The notes beneath the pieces are model-generated. The model searched no databases and had not been told where the DNA came from. It was given only the letters and a program-made list of their open reading frames with translations. Positions 9,008-18,519 of a stretch of DNA of 64,000 nt are shown here, piece after piece. A program made the position numbers and the translations under genes. The DNA lies in NCBI GenBank assembly GCA_946535705.1, contig CAMNDT010000005.1, positions 6,616 to 70,615 of the forward strand. The letters run 5' to 3'. Position 1 is the first letter of the stretch. Every line of letters begins with the position of its first letter. The DNA comes from an uncultured Prevotella sp. (GTDB taxonomy: Bacteria; Bacteroidota; Bacteroidia; Bacteroidales; Bacteroidaceae).

Positions 9008-11350
9008 ATGAATAAAATCGTTTCAAAACACCAGTTTTCCGAGAAAGTATTCTGCATTGTTGTAGAAGCTCCATTGATTGCTCATAGTTGCCGACCAGGA
9101 CAGTTCATCATTGTTAGGGTTGACAGCAATAGCGAGCGTGTGCCCTACACCATTGCAAAAACCGACAAAAAAACAGGAACTCTCACACTTGTTATTCAAG
9201 AAGTGGGACTATCTTCAAAAAAAATATGTGAGCTCAATCCGGGTGACTACATACAAGATATCGTAGGTCCGCTAGGTAATCCCTCTCCTATTAAGAATTT
9301 TGGAACGGTTATATGTGCAGGCGGTGGTATTGGCATTGCAGCTATTCTACCCATCCTTACCGCATTAAAACTGGCTGGCAACAAGGTAATATCTGTCCTT
9401 GCTGGTCGCACAGCCAACCTTGTTATCATGACTGATGAGGTGAAAGAATACTCTGACGAAGTAGTGATAATGACCGACGATGGTTCTTTGGGCGAAAAGG
9501 GACTTATTACCGCAGGTGTAGAAAAAATTATCCAGCGCGAACACGTTGATCACGTGATAGCTATCGGACCACCAGTGATGATGAAATTCACTTCGCTTAT
9601 GGCACAGAAATACAACATTCCAAACACCGTTTCACTCAACACCATAATGGTTGACGGAACAGGAATGTGTGGAGCATGCCGACTCACTATTGGTGGAAAA
9701 ACAAAGTTTGTGTGCATAGATGGTCCAGAGTTTGATGGTGACCTTGTTGACTGGGATGAGATGCTCAAGCGCATGGGCACTTTCAAAGACCGCGAGAAAG
9801 ACGAGATGGAGCACTTTGCCGAACACAAGGCAAAAGTTATTGACTATCTCGCATCTAATGCAACAACACAGCAAGAGAACATCTACAAACAATCTTCAAA
9901 AGCTGACAACGATATCACATCACGCGATGCCGAATGGCGCAAAGCTCTGCGTACAGAGATGAAGCCTAAAGAACGTGTAGCCATCCCACGTGTAATAATG
10001 CCAGAACTTGAACCTGCCTATCGTGCAACAACGCGCACAGAGGAAGTAAACATTGGACTAACCAAGGAAATGGCTGTTCGCGAGGCTCATCGCTGCCTCG
10101 ACTGCCCCAACCCGCAATGTGTTGAAGGCTGTCCGGTAAACATCAATATTCCTTCGTTCATAAAGAATATAGAACGCGAACATTTCATTGATGCAGTACG
10201 TGTGTTGAAACAAACCTCAGCACTTCCAGCCGTGTGCGGTCGTGTGTGCCCTCAAGAAAAACAATGCGAGAGCCGTTGTGTTCATCTCAAGATGGGCGGA
10301 TCCGCCGTAGCTATAGGCTATCTTGAACGATTTGCAGCCGACTATGAACACAAAATAGGTGCCAACACTCTACCAGAGATAGCACCTCCAAATGGCATTA
10401 AGATTGCCGTTGTTGGTTCTGGCCCTGCCGGACTAAGTTTTGCTGGCGACATGGTGAAATACGGTTTCGAGGTGTATGTGTTTGAAGCTCTGCATGAGAT
10501 TGGCGGAGTGCTTAAATATGGCATACCAGAATTCCGACTCCCTAACCGCATCGTTGATGTAGAAATAAACAATCTACGTAAGTTGGGAGTGCATTTCCTA
10601 ACAGACGTTATCATCGGCAAAACAATATCCATCAGCGAACTCGAATCGCAAGGCTTCAAGGGTATTTTCGTGGCATCGGGTGCTGGACTCCCTAATTTCA
10701 TGGACATTCCGGGAGAAAACTTCATCAACGTAATGTCGTCAAACGAGTATCTAACACGTGTAAACCTCATGGATGCTGCCAATCCTAAAACCGACACACC
10801 TATAAACATAGGCAAGAAAGTGATTGTTGTTGGTGGCGGAAATACAGCTATGGACTCATGTCGCACAGCCAAACGATTGGGAGCCGATGTAACACTCGTA
10901 TATCGCCGTTCTGAGGCTGAGATGCCAGCACGCCTTGAAGAAGTGAAACACGCCAAGGAAGAAGGAATCAACTTCCTTACCCTACACAATCCAAAAGAAT
11001 ACCTTGCCGATGAAAACGGGTGTGTGAAAGGGGCTGTGCTCGACATAATGGAACTTGGAGAACCAGACGCATCTGGTCGCCGAACCCCAAAAGTCACAGG
11101 AAAAACAATCACTCTGGAGTGCGATCAGGTTATCGTGGCTATTGGAGTAAGTCCTAATCCACTTGTACCTAAATCAGTAGAAGGACTTAAACTAGGACGC
11201 AAAAACACCATTGTGGTAAACGATATGATGCAATCATCACAACCAGAGATATATGCAGGAGGCGACATTGTGCGTGGAGGTGCTACAGTTATCCTTGCTA
11301 TGGGCGATGGACGACGCGCAGCAGCAAACATGGCAAAAGCTCTCAACTAA
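9008..11350 (+). CDS. fused NfnA-NfnB-type flavo-iron-sulfur oxidoreductase (often annotated PyrK-like/GltD-like bifunctional protein)
   Basis: DGTGMCGACR and VCIDGPEF (2Fe-2S), RCLDC...CVEGCP and CGRVCPQEKQCE (4Fe-4S), GSGPAG and GGGNTAMD Rossmann motifs. Confidence 0.85.
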   Translation: MNKIVSKHQFSEKVFCIVVEAPLIAHSCRPGQFIIVRVDSNSERVPYTIAKTDKKTGTLTLVIQEVGLSSKKICELNPGDYIQDIVGPLGNPSPIKNFGTVICAGGGIGIAAILPILTALKLAGNKVISVLAGRTANLVIMTDEVKEYSDEVVIMTDDGSLGEKGLITAGVEKIIQREHVDHVIAIGPPVMMKFTSLMAQKYNIPNTVSLNTIMVDGTGMCGACRLTIGGKTKFVCIDGPEFDGDLVDWDEMLKRMGTFKDREKDEMEHFAEHKAKVIDYLASNATTQQENIYKQSSKADNDITSRDAEWRKALRTEMKPKERVAIPRVIMPELEPAYRATTRTEEVNIGLTKEMAVREAHRCLDCPNPQCVEGCPVNINIPSFIKNIEREHFIDAVRVLKQTSALPAVCGRVCPQEKQCESRCVHLKMGGSAVAIGYLERFAADYEHKIGANTLPEIAPPNGIKIAVVGSGPAGLSFAGDMVKYGFEVYVFEALHEIGGVLKYGIPEFRLPNRIVDVEINNLRKLGVHFLTDVIIGKTISISELESQGFKGIFVASGAGLPNFMDIPGENFINVMSSNEYLTRVNLMDAANPKTDTPINIGKKVIVVGGGNTAMDSCRTAKRLGADVTLVYRRSEAEMPARLEEVKHAKEEGINFLTLHNPKEYLADENGCVKGAVLDIMELGEPDASGRRTPKVTGKTITLECDQVIVAIGVSPNPLVPKSVEGLKLGRKNTIVVNDMMQSSQPEIYAGGDIVRGGATVILAMGDGRRAAANMAKALN

Positions 11351-11368
11351 AATAAGGAGTTGATATTT

Positions 11369-12568
11369 ATGAAGAAAATCAATATAATATTGGCATTGCT
11401 GTTGACATTAAGCCCCATTACAGAGGCTAACGCACAGCGAAAGACAACAAAAAAAACAACTACCAAAACAGCTGCAAAAACAGTTGTTAAAACACAGCGT
11501 GGTAGTCAAAACGAAACAAAGACAGCAACATCAGATGTGAATGTGAAGATGTTCGAGTCTATGGTTCCTTCAACAGCAAAACTGATGTTCATAGACAGCA
11601 TGGTTGTTGACAAGAGAGAGTTTCTGAGACACATACCTCTAAACAAGGAATCCGGCAGAATAGAATACTTCAACTCTTTCTTTAACATAAACAAAGAAGT
11701 AAATACTACTGTGTATGTTAACGAATTCAACAACCGTTCATATTATGCTGAGGGTGACTCCACTCAAAGCAGCATCTACACCATCGACAAACTGGGAAAC
11801 AAATGGAGCAAGCCAACAAGGATCAACGAGATTTCTGACGATTTCAAACATCCTGATTTTCCTTTCTTATGTAGCGATGGCGTGACACTTTTCTTTGGAG
11901 CTAAAGGCCCCAAAAGCATGGGAGGCTACGACATCTTTATGACACGCTACAACAGCGATGATGTCACATGGTATGAGCCAGAAAACTACGGTTTACCATA
12001 CAACTCCACAGCCAACGATTACTTGCTTGCCCTCGATGATTTCGACAAATTGGGGTGGCTTGTCACCGACCGCCGTCAGGAAGAAGGAAAAGTATGCATC
12101 TACACCTTCGAGTTCACCACCCCACGTCGCAGTTTCGAAAACGATGATCTGTCTAAGAAAGAGCTAAACAGCTATGCACGCATACTAAAAATTGCCGACA
12201 CATGGCAGTTTGGCAATAGAGAAGATGCCCTCAAACGATTGGAAGATCTAAAAAAGCGAAACGCAACAACAAGCAAGCATACAGACAACATTAATTTCGT
12301 CATCAACGACAACGTTACCTACCAAAGCGTGAGCGAATTCAAAAAACAAGCTTCACGCGAAAAATATGCTCAGCTCGTTGCTCTACAGAATACACATTCA
12401 AAAAATATATCAAAGTTAGAATCCCTACGCGAACAGTTTGCTTCAGGAAAAACAAACGAGAGCACATCGTCAAGTATCATTACCCTTGAAAAGCAAATTG
12501 AACACGAAGAAATAATGATAAAAGAACTTACAAAAAGCATTCGATATAACGAGAATGTCGAAAAATAA
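11369..12568 (+). CDS. exported protein with PD40/WD40-like repeat region
   Basis: Signal peptide (..EANAQ); PFLCSDGVTLFF, SMGGYDIF, NYGLPYNS motifs of PD40-type propellers. Confidence 0.65.
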   Translation: MKKINIILALLLTLSPITEANAQRKTTKKTTTKTAAKTVVKTQRGSQNETKTATSDVNVKMFESMVPSTAKLMFIDSMVVDKREFLRHIPLNKESGRIEYFNSFFNINKEVNTTVYVNEFNNRSYYAEGDSTQSSIYTIDKLGNKWSKPTRINEISDDFKHPDFPFLCSDGVTLFFGAKGPKSMGGYDIFMTRYNSDDVTWYEPENYGLPYNSTANDYLLALDDFDKLGWLVTDRRQEEGKVCIYTFEFTTPRRSFENDDLSKKELNSYARILKIADTWQFGNREDALKRLEDLKKRNATTSKHTDNINFVINDNVTYQSVSEFKKQASREKYAQLVALQNTHSKNISKLESLREQFASGKTNESTSSSIITLEKQIEHEEIMIKELTKSIRYNENVEK

Positions 12569-12573
12569 ATAGA

Positions 12574-12942
12574 ATGAACGCATTATATACAATACTACTG
12601 TTGCTTGCGAGCAACATTTTCATGACCCTTGCCTGGTATGGACATCTAAAACTTCAGCAAACTGGAGTAAGCAGTAACTGGCCACTAATAGGTGTCATTA
12701 CATTTTCGTGGTGCATAGCCTTCTTTGAATACTGCTGCCAGGTACCAGCCAACCGTATTGGCTTTATCGACAATGGTGGTCCATTCACACTTGTTCAGCT
12801 TAAAGTAATTCAAGAGGTCGTATCACTCATTGTCTTTGCAGGAATAGCAAATCTTCTGTTTCAAGGACAATCGCTGCATTGGAATCATTTTGCAGCTTTC
12901 GTGTGCCTTATCCTTGCAGTGTACTTTGTGTTTATGAAGTAA
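12574..12942 (+). CDS. DMT family small membrane protein (DUF486-like)
   Basis: SNIFMTLAWYGHLK, FFEYCCQVPANRIG, QLKVIQEV. Confidence 0.85.
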   Translation: MNALYTILLLLASNIFMTLAWYGHLKLQQTGVSSNWPLIGVITFSWCIAFFEYCCQVPANRIGFIDNGGPFTLVQLKVIQEVVSLIVFAGIANLLFQGQSLHWNHFAAFVCLILAVYFVFMK

Positions 12943-12950
12943 AAAAGACA

Positions 12951-13057
12951 TTCCTCTCGACTTTTCATAACTCTGCCCTCTAAGCGCAAAGTTGCTTTAT
13001 CTCGGCAAAAAAGAAATAAATTTCTTTGTTTTGCTCTCGACTTTTCGTAACTTTGTG
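12951..13057 (+). repeat. ~80-bp repeat unit ending in a -7 promoter box
   Basis: CTCTCGACTTTTCRTAACTYTG at 12954 and 13034; internal A/T hairpin; same family as 41468-41720. Confidence 0.8.
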
Positions 13058-13103
13058 CTCAATTACAAAAGGGTATAAAGAATTAATATTAAAAATAAGA
13101 AAA

Positions 13104-13991
13104 ATGAAAGCATTTGTATTCCCAGGACAGGGATCTCAGTTCGTAGGTATGGGTAAAGACCTGTACGAAAACAATTCACTCGCTAAGGAACTTTTCGATA
13201 AGGCCGATGAAATTCTTGGTTTCAAGATTACAGAAATAATGTTTAATGGTACTGCCGAGCAGCTTAAAGAAACAAAGGTTACTCAGCCTGCAGTTTTCCT
13301 TCATAGCGTTATCTCCGCTCTTTGTCTTGGCGATGATTTCAAGCCAGCAATGACAGCAGGTCACTCTCTTGGTGAGTTCTCTGCCCTCGTGGCTGCAGGT
13401 GCACTCAGCTTCGAGGATGGTCTTCGTCTTGTTGCTGCCCGCGCTAATGCTATGCAGAAGTGCTGTGAGGCAAATCCTGGAACTATGGCTGCTATTATCG
13501 GTCTTCCTGACGAGAAGGTAGAAGAGGTTTGCAAGGAAATATCAACTCCAGATTGCATTGTTATCCCAGCTAACTACAACTGCCCTGGTCAGCTTGTTAT
13601 TTCAGGTAACACAGAGGCTATCAACAAAGCTTGTGAGGCTCTCAAAGCAGCAGGTGCAAAGCGTGCTCTCCCATTGCCAGTAAGTGGTGGTTTCCACTCT
13701 CCACTTATGCAGAATGCAAAAGATGAGCTTGAGGCAGCTATCGAGAAGGTTGAGTTCTCTACTCCTAAGTGCCCTGTTTATCAGAATGTTGACGCTAAGC
13801 CATATACCGATCCTGCACAGATCAAGGCAAACCTTATAGCACAGCTCACAAGTAGCGTTCGTTGGACAGCTTCTGTTCAGAACATGATTGCTGATGGTGC
13901 CGACGATTTCACAGAGTGTGGTCCAGGTAAGGCTTTGCAGGGTATGATTGGTCGTATCGACAAGACCGTAAGTGCTCATGGTATTGCATAA
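13104..13991 (+). CDS. fabD: malonyl-CoA:ACP transacylase
   Basis: FPGQGSQ, GHSLGE, VSGGFHSPLM; the longer ORF start lies in the repeat. Confidence 0.95.
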   Translation: MKAFVFPGQGSQFVGMGKDLYENNSLAKELFDKADEILGFKITEIMFNGTAEQLKETKVTQPAVFLHSVISALCLGDDFKPAMTAGHSLGEFSALVAAGALSFEDGLRLVAARANAMQKCCEANPGTMAAIIGLPDEKVEEVCKEISTPDCIVIPANYNCPGQLVISGNTEAINKACEALKAAGAKRALPLPVSGGFHSPLMQNAKDELEAAIEKVEFSTPKCPVYQNVDAKPYTDPAQIKANLIAQLTSSVRWTASVQNMIADGADDFTECGPGKALQGMIGRIDKTVSAHGIA

Positions 13992-16150
13992 TGAATAAAA
14001 AGATAACAATATATCAGGTTCTTCCACGTCTGTTTGGCAATCGTAACACAACCCGCAAGGAAAATGGTACGATTGAAGAAAACGGATGTGGAAAGTTCCA
14101 CAACTTTGACGAGCCCACGCTGAAGAGAATTCAAGCGATGGGCTTTACTCATATATGGTACACAGGTGTTATCCGGCACGCTACAACTACAGATTACAGT
14201 CGTTACGGTATTCCACGTCAGCATCCAGAGATAGTAAAAGGTAAAGCTGGTTCTGCATACGCAATCACGGATTATTATGATGTTGATCCCGATCTTGCGA
14301 TAAACGTAAAAGATAGAATGCAAGAATGGGAACAACTCATTGAACGTACACATAGGATAGGAATGAAAGTTGTAATGGACTTTGTTCCAAACCATGTAGC
14401 ACGAGAATATCATTCCATTTGTAAGCCAATAGGAACACACGACCTTGGAGAATTCGACAATAAAGAAATGCTATTCTCTGCTGAGAATAATTTCTATTAT
14501 TGCAGAGAACATCTTGACCTTGGAAATATTCAACACGAAGGCATTATCGTTAATGACTTAGGGCCTTATGTAGAATACCCCGCTCGAGCAACAGGCAACG
14601 ACCAGTTCTCTTCAAAGCCACAAACCAACGACTGGTACGAAACTATAAAACTAAATTATGGTGTTGACTATTGTAACGCCAACGGAAGAAGCTATCACTT
14701 CACTCCTATCCCAAACACATGGAAAAAAATGACCGATATTCTGCTCTTTTGGGCAGAGAAAGGCATTGACGCTTTCCGCTGTGATATGGCCGAGATGGTA
14801 CCTTCTGCTTTCTGGAAATATGCCACAAACATAATAAAAGAACACTATCCACAGATAATATTCATAGGTGAGGTTTACGACCCTAATCAATATCGTACAT
14901 ATATTTCTGCAGGTTTTGATTATCTATATGACAAAGTTGGAATGTACGATACACTCAAAAGTATAATACGTGGCGAACAGTCGGCATCTAACATCACATA
15001 CCAATGGCAACAAACAGATGATATCAAGGAACACATGCTTTATTTCCTTGAAAATCACGATGAACAACGAATAGCAAGCGAATATTTTGCTGGAAACGCA
15101 CAGAAAGCAATACCAGCAGTAATGTTCTCCGCCCTATTCCGCAATAACCCATTCATGCTTTATAGCGGACAGGAATTTGGAGAGCGAGGTATGGACAAAG
15201 AAGGTTTTAGCGGCATAGATGGCAGAACAACTATTTTTGACTATTGGGCACCCGACACTCTTAGTCGCGCCTACTCCGACCGTCAACTGCTTACACCTGC
15301 CGAACGACAGCTTGCAATTCAATATCACAACATACTTAACATTGCCATTCGTGAAAAAGCTATAGATGGCGATTCGTTTGATTTGATGTATGTAAACAAC
15401 AATAATCCAGACTTTGACACTTATCATCAATATGCTTTCATGCGAAAGAAAGATGACGAAGTTCTATTTGTTGTTGTAAACTTCTCTGACTATCCAGTAA
15501 ATATCAAGGTGAACATCCCAGAACATGCGTTCGATTATCTTGAAATACCAGAAAAGAAAATATCCGTAACCGACCTTATTACTGGTGATTCTGCAATTGT
15601 TGAACTGGAGAAAGACAAGCAATGGCCAATAAGTATTGATGCAAATAACGGACGAATATACAAATTCAATATATCTATGGACGACAAGGCATTTTTGCTC
15701 AACGAGCATCACAAAGACGAATTTCCACCTGCACACACAGCAGAGCATCTTCTTAATCAGCTTATGGTTAGAATGTTTGGTTGTGAACGCAGTAAAAATG
15801 CACATATTGAACGGAAAAAGAGTAAGATCAGCTACATCCTCGACCATAAGCCCACCCGCCAGGAAGAAAAGACTATCGAAAGAGAGATGAATAGGCTTAT
15901 TGACGAAGATATGGAAGTAAGCTATGATTTCGTCAATAGAGATAATATTCCTGAAGGTATCAGTCTTGACCGCCTACCCGACGACGCAAGCGAAATGTTA
16001 CGCATTGTACGCATAGGAAACTACGATATTTGTCCTTGCATCGGCAAACATGTCCGCTCTACTGGTCAGATTGGTCGCTTTGAAATGCTTGGCACTAACT
16101 GGGATGAACAAGCACATAGCTTCCGTATTCGCTTCAAGGTAATTCCGTAA
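13991..16150 (+). CDS. GH13 alpha-amylase family protein fused to a C-terminal AlaX-type (tRNA_SAD) editing domain
   Basis: DFVPNH, GIDAFRCDMA, FIGEVY, ENHDE; after Met563, HTAEH and CIGKH zinc motifs. Confidence 0.8.
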   Translation: MNKKITIYQVLPRLFGNRNTTRKENGTIEENGCGKFHNFDEPTLKRIQAMGFTHIWYTGVIRHATTTDYSRYGIPRQHPEIVKGKAGSAYAITDYYDVDPDLAINVKDRMQEWEQLIERTHRIGMKVVMDFVPNHVAREYHSICKPIGTHDLGEFDNKEMLFSAENNFYYCREHLDLGNIQHEGIIVNDLGPYVEYPARATGNDQFSSKPQTNDWYETIKLNYGVDYCNANGRSYHFTPIPNTWKKMTDILLFWAEKGIDAFRCDMAEMVPSAFWKYATNIIKEHYPQIIFIGEVYDPNQYRTYISAGFDYLYDKVGMYDTLKSIIRGEQSASNITYQWQQTDDIKEHMLYFLENHDEQRIASEYFAGNAQKAIPAVMFSALFRNNPFMLYSGQEFGERGMDKEGFSGIDGRTTIFDYWAPDTLSRAYSDRQLLTPAERQLAIQYHNILNIAIREKAIDGDSFDLMYVNNNNPDFDTYHQYAFMRKKDDEVLFVVVNFSDYPVNIKVNIPEHAFDYLEIPEKKISVTDLITGDSAIVELEKDKQWPISIDANNGRIYKFNISMDDKAFLLNEHHKDEFPPAHTAEHLLNQLMVRMFGCERSKNAHIERKKSKISYILDHKPTRQEEKTIEREMNRLIDEDMEVSYDFVNRDNIPEGISLDRLPDDASEMLRIVRIGNYDICPCIGKHVRSTGQIGRFEMLGTNWDEQAHSFRIRFKVIP

Positions 16151-16178
16151 TTAATTTAAAAAATCTTATTTATCTAAT

Positions 16179-16979
16179 ATGAAAAAAATAATGATCACAC
16201 TTGCTACATCTGCTATACTTGCAACAAGTAACGCAGCCAAAATTCAAGACACAAAGTCACTTGTAGTTTACTATTCACAGACTGGAGTAACCGAAACGGT
16301 TGCCAAACTCATACAAGAGAAAACACATGCTGATATTGAGGCTATAATTGCAGAGAATCCGTATGATGGCGATTTTAATGCTACCATCCAGCGTTCCATG
16401 AAGGAACGTGAAGCAGGAATAGAGTGCAAAATAAAGCCTTTGCACAAGGATATCTCCAAATACGACACTATATATATTGGCTACCCAATATGGTATGGCA
16501 CCTATGCCCCACCAGTAGCAACATTCGTTAAAAACATCAATGCCGAAGGCAAAGTGATTATTCCTTTCTGTACTTTTGGTAGTGGAGGATTAGAAACAAG
16601 CATAGCAGATTTAAAGAAAAATCTTAAAAATACCACAATTCTTGACGGCTATGGAATAAGAACGGCACGTATAGACAAAGCATCTGCCGAAATAAACTTT
16701 TTCTTTGAAACACTGAATGGAACTGCTCCTAAACGTCCTGAGTTTAGCGAACAGAAACCAGTAAAACAAGAGGAAAAAGCTATCTTCCAGCAAGCATGTG
16801 GTAATTATCCTATGCCACTTGGCTCACCCGTCTCTGTTGGTTCTCGTACTATCAACAAAACAATAGAATACAAATTTACAGCCGAGACAATATCACCTGA
16901 TGGCACTCCTACAACCTCGACAATATATGTAGTTAAGGAACCCAACGAAACTCCTGAATTCACAAAGGTAGTTAGATAG
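16179..16979 (+). CDS. exported flavodoxin-family protein
   Basis: VYYSQTGVT, GYPIWYG, PFCTFGSGG; N-terminal signal peptide. Confidence 0.8.
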   Translation: MKKIMITLATSAILATSNAAKIQDTKSLVVYYSQTGVTETVAKLIQEKTHADIEAIIAENPYDGDFNATIQRSMKEREAGIECKIKPLHKDISKYDTIYIGYPIWYGTYAPPVATFVKNINAEGKVIIPFCTFGSGGLETSIADLKKNLKNTTILDGYGIRTARIDKASAEINFFFETLNGTAPKRPEFSEQKPVKQEEKAIFQQACGNYPMPLGSPVSVGSRTINKTIEYKFTAETISPDGTPTTSTIYVVKEPNETPEFTKVVR

Positions 16980-16990
16980 AATAAACAGAA

Positions 16991-17053
16991 TAGTCGGAGT
17001 ATTCGGAGTATTCGGATTATTCCGATTATTCAGATTATTCCGATTACTCAGAA
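16991..17053. repeat. 9-bp tandem array, 7 units with a TCNGA core
   Basis: tagtcggag tattcggag tattcggat tattccgat tattcagat tattccgat tactcagaa. Confidence 0.9.
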
Positions 17054-17062
17054 ATAAACAAT

Positions 17063-17101
17063 AAAAAAAATCCCTGTCCTCCATTTGGAGAACAGGGATT
17101 T
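17063..17101. terminator. bidirectional terminator
   Basis: A8-TCCCTGT(C)CTCCA-tt-TGGAG(A)ACAGGGA-TTT between convergent genes. Confidence 0.8.
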
Positions 17102-17145
17102 AATATTTAGATTTGCTTTACAGTGCAATAATTATGCGCTATAAA

Positions 17146-17664
17146 TTATTCTGCTGCTGGAGCTTCCTCAGCCTCCTGTGCAGGAGCCTCTACTGGAGCC
17201 TCTTCAACTGCTGGTGCAGGCTGATTCTCTGCAACAACTGTTACAGGAAGCTTAACCTCAACACCCTTGAAGAAGTGTACTGTAGCCTCGAAAGTACCAA
17301 CCTTCTTGATATCACGCATAGTGATAATCTTACGGTCGATATCCTGACCCTTCTTCTTGAGCTCCTCAGCAACGATAGCTGCGTTAACAGAACCGTAGAG
17401 CTGACCAGTTGCAGAAACCTTAGCTGAGATAACAACCTCAACATTCTCAAGAGCAGCAGCCTTCTTCTCAGCCTCTGCCTTCTTAGCAGCAATCTTAGCA
17501 GCCTGCTGCTTCAGGTTTTCAGCAAGGATCTTCTTTGCTGACTCTGATGCGATAACAGCCTTACCTGTTGGGATAAGGTAGTTACGACCATAACCATTCT
17601 TTACATTTACGATATCGTTCTTGTATCCAAGACCGATAATATCTTCTTTCAGTATAATTTCCAT
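17146..17664 (-). CDS. rplI: 50S ribosomal protein L9
   Basis: VKNGYGRNYLIP, GQLYGSV. Confidence 0.97.
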   Translation of the reverse strand: MEIILKEDIIGLGYKNDIVNVKNGYGRNYLIPTGKAVIASESAKKILAENLKQQAAKIAAKKAEAEKKAAALENVEVVISAKVSATGQLYGSVNAAIVAEELKKKGQDIDRKIITMRDIKKVGTFEATVHFFKGVEVKLPVTVVAENQPAPAVEEAPVEAPAQEAEEAPAAE

Positions 17665-17683
17665 ATCGTCTATTCCTCCTTAA

Positions 17684-17950
17684 TTACTTCATCAAATCGG
17701 TTACGAAAGGAAGCAGTGCGATCTGGCGAGCACGCTTAACAGCCTGTGCTACGCGACGCTGATACTTCAAAGATGTACCTGTGATACGACGTGGAAGGAT
17801 CTTACCCTGCTCGTTCAAGAACTTCTTGAGGAACTCAGGATCCTTGTAGTCGATGTACTTGATACCGCTCTTCTTGAAACGGCAATACTTCTTCTTACGA
17901 GTGTCGATAGAAGGAGCGTTCAAATAACGAATTTCTGATTTCTGTGCCAT
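17684..17950 (-). CDS. rpsR: 30S ribosomal protein S18
   Basis: [21 protein letters not shown]. Confidence 0.97.
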   Translation of the reverse strand: MAQKSEIRYLNAPSIDTRKKKYCRFKKSGIKYIDYKDPEFLKKFLNEQGKILPRRITGTSLKYQRRVAQAVKRARQIALLPFVTDLMK

Positions 17951-17952
17951 GA

Positions 17953-18297
17953 TTAAGCCTCCTCTTTTTTACCCATCTTAGCGCGACGCTTCTCTGCATA
18001 AGCTGCAGCATACTTGTCAAGCTTAACGGTCATGTAACGAATAACTTTCTCATCGCGACGGAATGCTGTCTCGAGAGTGTCAATAACTTTTGGCTCAGCC
18101 TTGAACTCTACCAGGCAATAAAAACCTGTAGACTTCTTCTGAATAGCATAAGCCATCTTCTTCAATCCCCAGGTTTCCTCGTTCAGGATCTCAGCACCAT
18201 TGTCGGTGAGAACCTTTGTGAACTTAGCAACCGCTTCCTTCATCTGATCTTCAGACAAAACGGGAGTTAAAATGAAAACGGTTTCGTATTGATTCAT
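17953..18297 (-). CDS. rpsF: 30S ribosomal protein S6
   Basis: [19 protein letters not shown]. Confidence 0.97.
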   Translation of the reverse strand: MNQYETVFILTPVLSEDQMKEAVAKFTKVLTDNGAEILNEETWGLKKMAYAIQKKSTGFYCLVEFKAEPKVIDTLETAFRRDEKVIRYMTVKLDKYAAAYAEKRRAKMGKKEEA

Positions 18298-18464
18298 ACT
18301 ACTTAAAAAATAAATAAAAAATTAATAATTAGCGCACCCATGTTCCACGGTTTTGAAACCCTTTTCCACGAAATGCGGTGCAAAAGTACCATTTTTTTAT
18401 GACTTAACCAAATAATTTTTGAACTATTTGATTATTTCCTCTCATTGATAAGATAGTTATATAT

Positions 18465-18497
18465 AAAAAAAGTGGATACCCAAAAGGATATCCACTT
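18465..18497 (-). terminator. intrinsic terminator after OB-fold lipoprotein gene
   Basis: AAGTGGATA/TATCCACTT stem with A-run on the left. Confidence 0.75.
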
Positions 18498-18519
18498 AAT
18501 TTATTTTGATTGGAAATGA

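Noticed and set aside
1281-17053. CRISPR interpretation of the short repeat arrays
   Set aside because: Units are 7-11 bp and contiguous, with no unique spacers and no cas genes in the window.
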